Source of the DNA: Tubiluchus corallicola
Lineage: Eukaryota > Animalia > Priapulida
Assembly (NCBI GenBank): GCA_030141605.1
Contig: JAQGDQ010000942.1
Location: 14,764 to 78,763 of the forward strand
DNA length: 64,000 nucleotides
Direction of reading: 5' to 3'
The notes beneath the pieces are model-generated. The model was given only the letters and a program-made list of their open reading frames with translations. It did no database searches and was not told the DNA's origin. The position numbers and the translations under genes were made by a program. Numbering within the stretch: the first letter of the stretch is position 1; every line of letters begins with the position of its first letter. Shown piece by piece: positions 1 through 11,974 of this stretch.

Positions 1-620
1 ATGTTAAGTCTGAAATCTCAAGTTCTATTCTGCAACAAGTTTGCAACAGAAATTCTCGGTAATGAATGCACTTGAATCTAGTTTGTGCAAATCACAAGAA
101 CCAATTCAAAAAGTCGTCGAGAAGAGTTGACAACTTCGACCACGGCAACCAGCTTTTTGCAAACTACAAATAAGTGCCCATAGTCTAGCCATTGAAACAG
201 GCAGGCATCATAAACCTTAAACGTTACCGATAAATGAAAGAAATAGTAGAACTGACATACCACTAATGGCAACCGACTGTGAACAATTCATTAAGAATGC
301 TTACTCTAGGCTCACCGCAGAGGCTTTTGATGCCATAAAGGAAAAAAATTAACCTTCGATGTGGGAACATCAAAGGCCTTGCAAAAGTCTAAAAGTACAG
401 CATCAACAGGCAGTCCTAGATGCTGGATCAGATCACTCATAATACCTGTTTAGATACCGGTGCCCTTGATCTTGCAGCAGGAAGAAGTCAAGCAGATTGG
501 CCATAAATTTGCAGTGTTAAGGAACCCACCTTTCTTGTGAATAGGATGCACACTTACTACTGCCCAATCACCAGGAAGCACGGACTGTTGAAATGATTAA
601 GTGAATAGCTGTGAGCACGG
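1..620 (-). mobile_element. Decayed CR1/L2-type LINE reverse transcriptase fragment
   Basis: Minus-strand translation gives W..V.VHPIHKKGG...NLWPICLTSSCCKI and GLPVDAVLLDF(A)KAFDVP remnants with frameshifts. Confidence 0.7.
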
Positions 621-829
621 CGAGAACAAAGCACCATTTAGAAAGAACCAAGTTTGAAATCGGGTGAGGAATATGCACAATTTTATTTGACGAAAAGTCA
701 ACGAACTGTAATTCAGCATCGGTATAGGAAACCAAATTAGGCATATTGAACGTAATTTCAACCTGGAACACACTAGCAGAGGAGCTGTTGAACTTTTCCT
801 AGAGTGGGTTCTTAGATAATGCCTTAATT

Positions 830-1500
830 AACAGCGTAATTGTATTTAAGTGGGCGGGGGTGATTAGTAATTGTACAAATTATACCACAGATATTGTGTC
901 ATTACTGTTGTAGCTAAGCTATACGATATGATACTAAATGAACAGTCAAGTTCGCTGTGGTGTCTGGATGTTCAACAAATGATGCGCATATTGAGCAGGG
1001 TGTATTGAGCATATTATGACACTTCGATTATTAATTGACTTCGGTAAGTTCAGGCAGAAAACTTTTTATTGACTTCCTTACTGCTTATGATAGAGTGCCT
1101 AGGAGAAAAAAAATTATTATTGCTTGACTTGTCAAGCTTGGTTGTGGCGCAGCAAAAACGGTTAGTGCAATGCAGTGCTACGGCTCTTAGCGGCAGTGAA
1201 GCTTTTGATACCAATGTTCATGTTAGACGGATTCTCAAACAGATGTTTTTTGTTTGTACTGATTATTAGCCTTCTGATTCATATGTCGAAAGAGCTGCCA
1301 GATGATGGTTTTCTGCATAATTTGCATAGTCTCACGATGACAAATGAGAGCGCAATATTCTCAACCTATCGCGATAGCGTCATTAACTAACGAACTATTT
1401 TAACTAAATTTTGCTGTTCCTCCTACACGAAAATTAACTGTTTTAAAACTAAAAGCAAGTTTGTGTTTATTAGTGGTACGCAGTGGACCGTTTTAATGAA
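830..1500 (+). mobile_element. Decayed LINE reverse transcriptase fragment
   Basis: Remnants AKLYDMILN, GCIEHIMTLRLLIDF, LFIDF..AYDRVPR, PDDGFLHNLHSL; frameshifted. Confidence 0.65.
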
Positions 1501-1643
1501 TAGCTTGACTGGTAATGCATGTGTGTTTTTTGGTAACAATGAAATTGTTCGTTGAGTGATGTAGTTGGTTATCGATTGTAGGCATCTCTTAAAATAAGCA
1601 CTATAATTATCGTCGGGTGTTGAACTAAAACAGGAAGTCTTGT

Positions 1644-1714
1644 TTAGTATATGTGATCGTATATTATACTGAGTATAATTTAGTATATGTGATCGTATAT
1701 TATACTGAGTATAA
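1644..1714. repeat. 36-bp direct tandem duplication
   Basis: ttagtatatgtgatcgtatattatactgagtataa occurs twice in tandem. Confidence 0.85.
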
Positions 1715-2226
1715 AATATACTGATAAACAACCACTATAAGTCCAAGAGGTTAGAAAAAAGCCTGGTACAGAATCCACAGCAAAGCACAGTCTACAAATT
1801 GACTGCTTTCCAACTGATAATGCCCCTCCTTATATGCCCGAATTGTGAGGCTAACTTATATCACACATCTAAAAATGTCTATCCTTCGTAACACCTAACA
1901 ACGAGCCTCTGCTGACCTGTCACCATAGTAATGTCAACTGCTGCCGTGTCACCATGGAGACGGCCACTACTGATTGGCAAGAGTAACAGCTCCTAGGCTA
2001 CTTCCAGTGGTATGATCAGTGACTCCTAACTATTAAGCATTACAATCTCACATGCAGATCTTTCACAGGAAGTTGCTCTATACATTTGGCGTACGTCCAT
2101 TACACAAAGCGTCTGCAGTATTGAAATGCTTGCTCTGTTACTCTTGGTTACTGTTCAATATTGTATTAGTTATACACATTTTCATTCACCGGTTACAGGG
2201 GATGGTAATTTTAGTACTGTTCTACG

Positions 2227-3534
2227 TGTTATGAATTTATTTTGAAATAGCGAATTACTCTTTGGAAATTCGAATCTAGATCAATTAAAATTGATTAGAC
2301 TCTGAACAAAGATTATGCCGTTCAGCTATAATGACTCACTCAGCTTGTACCTTGAATTTAATGCATCAGGGGTTGGAAGATCATTTAAAACTTATGTTAT
2401 AATCAGAATTTAGAAGTCAGATAACAGCAGCTTGAACTCTGTAAGTTGGAAGGGCTGTTAGCCTATATTGCTTCAGTTAGCTGATAATAAAAGCGTTTAT
2501 AACCTAGAACCACAGTACATGACTTCCGAGTTAAAATAGCCACTGGTCAAGACTATTGTTCATAAGCAGAATTGCAAATAGACACCTATGTCACTAGCCC
2601 AATTAAACAGTTAGCCTAGAGTGAGGCTATGTGTCATTAGAACAAGGACAATGAGAGGATGATGGTCAGTAAGGTGGCTCTGTTAGCGAGTCACTGAAGA
2701 TGTCATGTCATCTGACATTGGATTCAAAAGAGAGTGTCGAGAGAGTTTTAGCGGTTGCTGGATGTTGGGTTGTGGACGTGAAGCTGTCGTGACGAGAAGG
2801 TCTGTTGCAAAGAAACTCTTGAAGTAGGAGATTGTTACTATAGCTCAGGTCGTAGAGGATACTTCTACGTAGCTTGATCTACCAAACCTCTGGTGCTTAG
2901 AATGTCTCTAATAGGAGCTTGGATCTGGCCAATTTCAGTCGCGTATGAATGGCCAGTCCACGAGTTAAGTAAAATTACATTCTACTTAGTATTTGTGAAA
3001 TAGTTCAAGTTTTTGATAATACCTTGTAAACGTAGTATAAAGTGAAGATTGTTAAGTAGCAGATGGATTTAATTGATGTGGAATTGTAATTCTTCAGCTG
3101 TAATCTAAAGATAGTATTTGTAAATGCTACAAGCATATATAAGAAACTGAAACTGTAATTGTCAAACCACATTATCAATCAATTGTTGTTAAGTAATCGT
3201 TCAATAAACTTGTATATCATTGTTACGTATTTGTTCGATTTAATTTATAAGATTGAGAAATTCGTAAGGGCATACTAGTAAAGACGCTATCCGTCACACG
3301 AATCTTTACCCAAGGTTATTCACTTATTCACATTGAAGCGGCTTATTGCAGAGCCCTGCTTGAGAACTAGGGAGATACAGATTTACATCACAACGCGTAT
3401 TTCGTGGCTAGAGGTCGTGTGGGAACACATCACAGCCTGATCGATCCAACTGAAGCTCCCGTAGTCAGGTGATTAATTAATTGAAATTAATTACCTTAAA
3501 GCGTGTGTACTTGATATAGTTATTGAGGGTAACA
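2227..3534 (+). mobile_element. Solo LTR-like element, family A copy 1 (~1.3 kb)
   Basis: Starts TGTTATGAATTTA and ends TAACA (inverted termini); internal AATAAA. Shares blocks (gactcactcagcttg; tggccagtccac..gttaagt; gctcccgtagtc...aattaattacc) with 28344-29615 and with the reverse complement of 55957-57383. No clean TSD. Confidence 0.7.
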
Positions 3535-4849
3535 ATATACAGGTTCAAAAGAGTGAAATGATTAAGCATGTTCACGAATAAATTTTATTCGTTTTTAACT
3601 CTTCACGCAGATTTAGCCTTTTATGTGAAAAATCTGTAATGAATGCATCTTTAATTTCTTCAGTCTCATATGGCTTGGAAGATTGGTGTTCCCCGGTTTA
3701 AGAACGCTTTGGCAAAATATATCAGCAATGTTGTAGTGTGGGCTTGTCTTGGTGTTTGTAATTCTCCTCCAAACGAACTTACTTAGTTTGAAGACGATTT
3801 TAGGGCCTACGCTATACACTGAATGGTTAGTTTTTGGAGAAAAATTCTTGCATGTACTAATAAGCATTCCTGGCTCACGTTTGTGTTTAATTGTGCAAGC
3901 AATTATCATTGTAATGTAAATCTCATTACTGCAAATGTGTTTAGTAAAATAAATTCTGATGTTATTAGACTAAATTACATAAAACATGCTTTATGTAAAT
4001 GTAGAATTACTGTAGATTTAAGAGATTGCTCTATTTTTAACCGCCTTAATTGCTTTAATTAATTTTTCTATTAGTTTCTATGAGCTCTGTTTGTCCAGTG
4101 CTGGATTTTCATATTACGTTATCAATGCTCACACGCTATCCGTTATTTCTTGGAAAGTTTTGTAATCATCTCGTATCTAGTGCCAGCAGTGATTAGAAGT
4201 TACGTGTATTTGTAATTTGTCAGCTAGTATTCTTGTTTCGTAATTTGTGTATGTATGTAAGTATGTAGGACCTATGTATGAACGGTATGTTGTTTATTGT
4301 TTTGAGCGATGGTATGTTTTTAATGTGTATATATGTAATTATTATAATTTTATGAGGTCAGTAAAATTTAATAATAAATAATTAAGTTTCGTTGTGTCAA
4401 AAATTCCGAGCAGCAAGTATTACCCTTACCAAAATTTCCTCGTAACAAAATACCAAATTATGCTGTAAGGACTTACAGAGAACGAGTTGGCGACAATGTG
4501 TATACGTCATCAAGTTAGGCGGAGCTAAACGCGACTTGCATCTGTGTATTTTCAGTGTGTTTAACATGTTTCCATTTTTCGACGAAATATTTGAATTAGC
4601 TCAGACTTGACAAATAGTACTCAAAGTGATATACTGCTAATTAGAAAGACGCATCTAATAAATTTACTATTACTGTTATTATTTCTATTATTATCGTTTT
4701 ATTAATATTAATAGCCTACTGTTATTCTTGTAGTAGACTTGGTAACAATATAATTAGCATAAACAAATTACAAAAAATAAACAGAAGCACTAGATCATTA
4801 AACAATGGGTTTGGTAGGAAACATGGGTAGTGATCACATAGAGCAAACC

Positions 4850-5270
4850 ATGCCGCCCAGGTAAACAGTTGCAAAGATAGCGGCTCTCTTACATCGCGCA
4901 TGTGACCTCTAATTCACATTTCATCTGTAGTTCTTATCTCTTGTTACTGGTGTTAAGAATCAATAATATGAAAATTGGTAAAGGCTCCTTAAGATTTCAC
5001 CAATGTAAATTGTTGGTGTCGAGAAGATTCTGAAAAAAAATTGAAAATTCTCACAGCACAAAAATTTTTACTCCAGCTGCAGACAATAAGACACGAAGCC
5101 ATAACTTGAAGTTGTAAATATATTGACCTCCAAAAGATGTGAACTGGGAGATTCATTTGACAGGTTTAACCAACTGGCATTCACTGTGAGGTAGTGGAAG
5201 CGGCAATGTATAATCAGTTTAAGGCCAGATTTGACAAATTTTGGGATCAATAAAGTATATCTCTCCAGAG
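4850..5270 (+). mobile_element. 3' end of a CR1-like LINE ORF2 (decayed)
   Basis: TRSHNLKL...W...EVVEAA..NQFKARFDKFW remnant, typical of the CR1 ORF2 C-terminus. Confidence 0.6.
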
Positions 5271-5678
5271 TAATTAATACACGTCCATAATATAGTAATA
5301 TTCGTTTGGCGATGATGAATATACGTTGAGATCGGATTCCACCAGGAATACTTTTAATGCCTGTTATTGATAACAAAATCATCTAGATTGTTCTTTTATG
5401 ATGTTTTCGAAATGTTATGCCATTATAAATCCGCTGCCCCAATTCTTTAATAACAAGTCCTTGACACATATTTCAGAATGTGCAAAACCATTTTAGCCAT
5501 GTGATATCGCCATGTCACTGCTGAAAATTACACCAGTTTGGATGGACGTAGCACCACCAGTGACCTTATCAATGTTAACACATTGTTTGTCTGTTCTTTA
5601 AATCATTATGTATTTTTGCCATTCAAAGTACACCACTAGTTAATGACTTTTAGCTTCTGTTCTTCTTTTTGTTTTTAG

Positions 5679-7554
5679 AAAACATCTTGAGATGTGTGCC
5701 ATACGTTTACCTAGTCGGTGCTCAGAAATCAGGGACGTCTACAATTTACCAGATAGTGGCAAGACATCCTGACTTTGTTCCAGGTCATTTTAAGGACGGC
5801 GAGGTTAAAGAAGTACACTGGTGGGAGATGTTTAGATTCAAAAAACGTACTCATATTTCAAAGATAATAACTATTTAAAATAATAAAACTTTGTTATGAT
5901 ATTGCACACTGTACGCAAAAGTGCAGATAGATGAAGATTTTAAGGCTAAATTTTGGAAAATTATCAAATTAAAACAGATTTAGATCTGATATGTTCGAAT
6001 TTTATAATGAGGCAGTTTGATTCAGCACTGAAATTCAATAGCATTAAAAAGCTACTGTAGCAATCCCTGACCAAATATGGTCGAGCTTGCTAAATCGCGT
6101 TTACTCGTTCAGGACCATAACAGTGTGATGCATTTTCCACGGGTGCAAAAAACTGCTCCCACTAAGCAGTGATTACGTTATATTTCATAATTTTTGCAGG
6201 TTTCTGCTCTTCACATAATGTATTTTCATTATATTATCTGAAATGCATTACTTACCTTTGACAAACTAAAAGCCGATTTCTGACGAAAAATTGATAAAGA
6301 CTATCAGCATCTGCAGTGTTTGCACTCTAATAATGCACAGTATCACTTGTGTGAAATCCAGAATAACACAAAAAAATCCTGCTATTCAGACACAACACTC
6401 GGATACACTGTGGCTGCAAGTCTTCTCTAAAGTTATGTTAAAGGATGAAAGGCCTTAAATTGTAATTGGCTGATCGGTGGTTTTTCCTGGAATAGCAGCA
6501 CAGCTTGGGCTGTAGCAAGCAGGCGATCAATAAAACAGTACATGTTTTGTACTAATCTAGTTATGTCTGTGCTATATGTCTAGTTATAGAGTAGCAGAAA
6601 AGTAATAGCGCTTATAATACCTACTTTGAATGGTCCTGTTGGAGCTAAGCTATGTGTAGACATTGCCCTAGATATTGCCAAAAAATACATTTAAAAACAT
6701 TGGAGCTTTTAAGATGTTTTTAACACAATGATATTCCCAAACGATTTTGGTAACAGTAAAGTACTAAAAAGCGGCAGGAATAGATCATTAGCAAATGCAA
6801 ACTACTTCGAAAAATGACATTTCGCATTCAAGAATGTATTAAATTTTAAATAACTAGCCAATAATGTGGCTATTGTTGATAACTATAACTATAGCACCAC
6901 TTTTTTCCTTATATTTCGATGCAATGTTACATCATCAGCAGAGCACTTTCAAAAGCCAGCTAGAAATATAATTAATTGTAAAGTAATGATACTACAGTCA
7001 TAATAATATTTGACATCTTTATAGGGTAACTGAACACATATTCAAATATTAGTGCAAGTTGTTCACAGTCATTTACTTAACACATATGCTCACAAAAGTA
7101 CAATTAAAGTATAATACCAAAAATTAATATGTACACATTTACAAACATTGGCCGACGTCACATGTTGATGTATAATACCCTAATAAAATAAAAATTTAAA
7201 AAAATATGTTTAGTAACTATAACGCCAGCAGAGGAACTAATGTTCAGTGGCTATCTGTTTTTTGTGAGCCGCATACAGATATCTTTTAGTTTCTTTCTTC
7301 TTTGGTCAATTAGCTACTCTTTTTTTATTGAACTTTTTTAGAATTATAGTTTACTCACTGCATTGATAGCACTTGGTCAGTGTTTATTTTTTACATTTTG
7401 CTCACTGTTGCAAATTATTCTGCAAAGATAATCCCTATATGACAAAACTGCAGTTATTTGCCCATGTTTGTTTTTCCATTTTGTTTTGCAGTCTACAGTT
7501 ACAGTTTGTTTACTCACTCATACACACACACACACACACGCACGCACGCACACG

Positions 7555-7590
<36 letters not shown>

Positions 7591-10500
7591 TACACACACA
7601 CACAAATGCAGCTTATACTAAATTTGAAAAATTCAATTTTATAAGAAATATTATTATTATTATTTTTGATGTTGTTGTTATTATTATTAACAAATTTAGA
7701 ACAAGCACTTTAAAATAACAAAAATAATAAAGCTAATACTTTCAACTTTGGCATCAGTAGCCTTTCTGAAATTCCCGCTTTGCCTTGCGTTGCTTTTCAT
7801 GTTTATTCCTTGCTCAGGTGCAGGCAATTGCCTTGCTTTTCATGTTTATTCCTTGCTTAGGTGCAGGCTACTGCCTTTTTTTTCACGCTTATTCCTTGCT
7901 CAGGTGCAGGCTATTGCCTTTTCTTTCACGCTTATTCCTTCCTCGGGGCAGGCTATTGCCTTGCTTTTCATGTTTATTCCTTGCTCAGGTGCAGGCTATT
8001 GCCTTTTCTTTCACGCTTATTCCTTCCTCGGGGCAGGCTATTGCCTTGCCTTTCATGTTTATTCCTTGCTCAGGTGCAGGCTATTGCCTTTTCTTTCACG
8101 CTTATTCCTTCCTCGGGGCAGGCTATTGCCTTGCCTTTCATGTTTATTCCTTGCTCAGGTGCAGGCTATTGCCTTTTCTTTCACGCTTATTCCTTCCTCG
8201 GGGCAGGCTATTGCCTTGCCTTTCATGTTTATTCCTTGCTCAGGTGCAGGCTATTGCCTTTTCTTTCACGCTTATTCCTTCCTCGGGGCAGGCTATTGCC
8301 TTGCCTTTCATGTTTATTCCTTGCTCAGGTGCAGGCTATTGCCTTTTCTTTCACGCTTATTCCTTCCTCGGGGCAGGCTATTGCCTTGCCTTTCATGTTT
8401 ATTCCTTGCTCAGGTGCAGGCTATTGCCTTTTCTTTCACGCTTATTCCTTCCTCGGGGCAGGCTATTGCCTTGCCTTTCATGTTTATTCCTTGCTCAGGT
8501 GCAGGCTATTGCCTTCTCTTTCACGCTTATTCCTTCCTCGGGGCAGGCTATTGCCTTGCCTTTCATGTTTATTCCTTGCTCAGGCGCATGCCATAATTTG
8601 CCATATATATAATATATAATATAATTATATATAATATATAAACAGATGCTCTTTACAGATATCGTTAAAGCATGTACGTAATAATGCTGTTCTAAAGGTC
8701 AGATATTCATGAAGGCCTGAATTACGCCTGAAGAAAAAACTGGACTCTATAAATATAAATTGCATAAATTGCGAAAGTAACTACTATACCGCTGTAAATA
8801 GTGAACCGTATTGATGAGAGGGTAAAACTAAAAACATTGACGCCATTTCAACAAACAAAACTTGAAACTCTTTGCACAATTTTTATTGTAATGTGTAATG
8901 AGATTGTTACCTCCTGCAAAAGAAAATATATCTTGAATAGCAGTAGTGAGATTTTGAGCTACTTACCGTTTAAAATTGTCATGTCTTTATTACTAGAAAG
9001 CAAACTTATACACCTGAAGAAAACAAGACGCCGAAAGACAGGATTCCTAAGAAGACATGTTGATCACTTCTCAGGTAAAATCCTTTCTTGATTATTTATA
9101 TAAATCCAGCAAAATAGCCCTGTGTTTCCGATAACGTTTACTTCAATAAAAAGTTACAGATGTTCTTATTTTCTTATTGTTTTGAGTTACTTTACAAAAC
9201 CACACAATGACAATAACTGTTTCGCAACAAATTTTGTAGCTAGCTTACAATTTGATTCTTTGATTCTATGTGGTTATTGTCTTCAATGATACTGCATCAT
9301 AAACAGTGAAATTTTGAAAGCATTTTGTTATGAATGAAAAAGGAAACGCATTTATACAGTAAATGTTCCCTTATCAGAATAGAACATCAAAATACATTTC
9401 CGTAGTTAAAAGCCAAACGATATCTAATTTAACAATTATATAGATAATTTTACAATTTACGTTACAGACTACATATGACTAGCAACAAATAAACAAACCA
9501 TAATGTTAGCAGCAACAGAACGTTTAACTTTATAGAGCTGCTATTTTTTACGGAATTCAGTAATAAACTGAAGTAGTAAAATTCAGTAATACCCAAAACA
9601 AACTGATATATAGACATTAATCATAATATACTCCGGAAATTTTAAGATGCTACCAAGAAATCGTCATTTATTGCTCGTCAAGTAATTTAGGAATAAGCAA
9701 ATTCGGTTTAAGTGTCAAATGCACGAGTGCAGAAGAAAACCTAACGATAAAATTTAATGGGCTCTGTTCCTAGGAGCATCTACATATTTGTACCCACGAA
9801 ATTGAAGAATCATTCATAGCATTAATTAATTAGATAATGACTGCCATTGTTTCTCATTTTACCACAATATTCCAACTGCACTAATCCTGAAACACTAAAG
9901 TCTGCGTTTTTAACTCAGCAATCAAACATTTTTCCAAATATCTCAGAACTATTTTACAGTAAGTATTACTGTATTAATAAAATCATCCTTGATTGGCCAA
10001 CCCTGAATTTAGTTTTTTGTGGCTAGAGCTTCATAACAAATATTAGAATTTGGTTTTGCACTTTTGAACAACTGCGAAATGCATCGGTTTCAGCCACGAA
10101 ATGAATAGTTTCAGTGAATCACAACTGATGAATGTGGATGTTCCTCAACTCTCTTGTGTAAATAGTGAGTTGATAAGCCTTCGTACAACCCCATACCCAA
10201 CGTATTACTGCTGAGGCACTACACCTGTGAGCTGAAGTCACTAACTCAGGCTTAAATTCAATTTCAATTTGTCACTTTTAAAAAAACATGGCAACTCTTC
10301 TTGAATTGGTGAACAAGAATCAGCTATTTCAATATAACAGTGAACTATCCTGTATCTTTATTTTTACAGGAGATATATGGATGATATTGATGAAGCTATA
10401 CAAAGAGAAAATGATATATGATGATGATAATGATATTAAACTGTTTATTCATCCATATGTTTCAGAAAACATAAAAAAGTAACTGACAATGTCTTGCCAC

Positions 10501-11940
10501 TTGGGATGAAAGTCATTCACACAGAATTCTAATATTGGTGCTGAGGTCTATCCGAGATTGATAATGTTTATTAGTATTTTCATGCAGAGTGGTGACATAA
10601 GATCAAGAATTCACGACATAATATTAAGATCCCAATAGCCAGTTCATACTAGACCAGGTCAGACAGAGGTTATCAAATTAATAATTATGTTGAAAGCGTC
10701 TGCAGCAGAATGTGACTAATTACTTTTGTTAAATCAGGCCATTCGAGAATATAAACATGGTAAGTTTATGCAAATAAATTGTCAAATACAAATTTTTACT
10801 GTAACAATCTTTTTACAGATCCACGTCACGGGAAGACAAGTTTTGCTAAATATTTAATGGTTTTTGAAAAAGCAACGAAAGAAATCGAAAAACAAGCAAA
10901 CCTAAACGCTTCTTTTCATAACAAAATCACAGGTAATTTGAGTTACTGTATGAAAACAAACTTCAGTGTCACTTTATTTAATGGGCTTACGGAAAATTCC
11001 CATATCTAGGACGGCTGTACTTTGGGAAAACGTATCTGTAAAAAATCTGCAGCAGCACTGCATACTGCCAATCCAAGTTTAAAACAATGGAATGCTCAAA
11101 ACTAAATCTACCATTCGACTGCTTAGGAAATCAGATATCATTAACCGCATTACTCAACGCCTACAGCCTTGTGACAATGTTCTTTACTCTTACCTAAAGC
11201 ATTAAACCAGGGCAAAGTCTATGCCTATACAAAAACAATTGGAAATGGTTCAATGTGCACAGAAGAAGTTTTGAGGCTTTAGCATAACTTAGCAATAAGC
11301 TGTTGAAGTAGCTTTGTCAGGTTGATGCTTTTATCATAAATACAAATAAAATCTGTATCGACATATACAGTCATTTCAAGATTGCTTTAATGTTGTTATT
11401 AATATAACAAAAAGTTAGTGTAGCGCAAATATGGCTTCTGAAAAATAAAGTACGAAATCAGGAATTAGGAAGGTTTGCACGTTAGTTGTTTTTAAATTGA
11501 AACTGTGTTACGAACAAACAATTTACCTTAATCTCATACTGAATGCGACAAATAAGAAATAGCAATTGATTAATATCATTAGGATATGTACATTGCTCTC
11601 TAAAAGTTTAAAGAGTCACAAGTTATTAAGTTTGTGAACAGCCAACCATATAATGATTACATTTCAATTTTGATTTAAAGTGGAATAGTTCGGGTTTACT
11701 AATTGCGCACTAAAATTTTTTACAGATTCTTAATATAATAACAATATTTATAATTTCAAAAAACGTATGCATGCATGCCAATGTTTGCATAGCATTTGTG
11801 TTTTGTGACACTTGCAACTTGCATAGGTGCCAACGGCTGCTTAAATTCCAAATTTAATTACCATGGATGCAAGCAACAGGCACCACAAGATGATGCTGAA
11901 ATATTTCAAGATAATAGTCCTAATTGCAGTGTAATGTTGT

Positions 11941-11974
<34 letters not shown>

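Noticed and set aside
2052-2234. Hydrophobic 60-aa ORF as the sulfotransferase TM exon
   Set aside because: Plausible but unsupported: its candidate donor is phase 0 while exon 5679 needs phase 1, and no linking exon was found.
7748-8619. Three overlapping 250-280-aa ORFs
   Set aside because: All are translations of the 85-bp tandem repeat, which lacks stop triplets on this strand; intronic.
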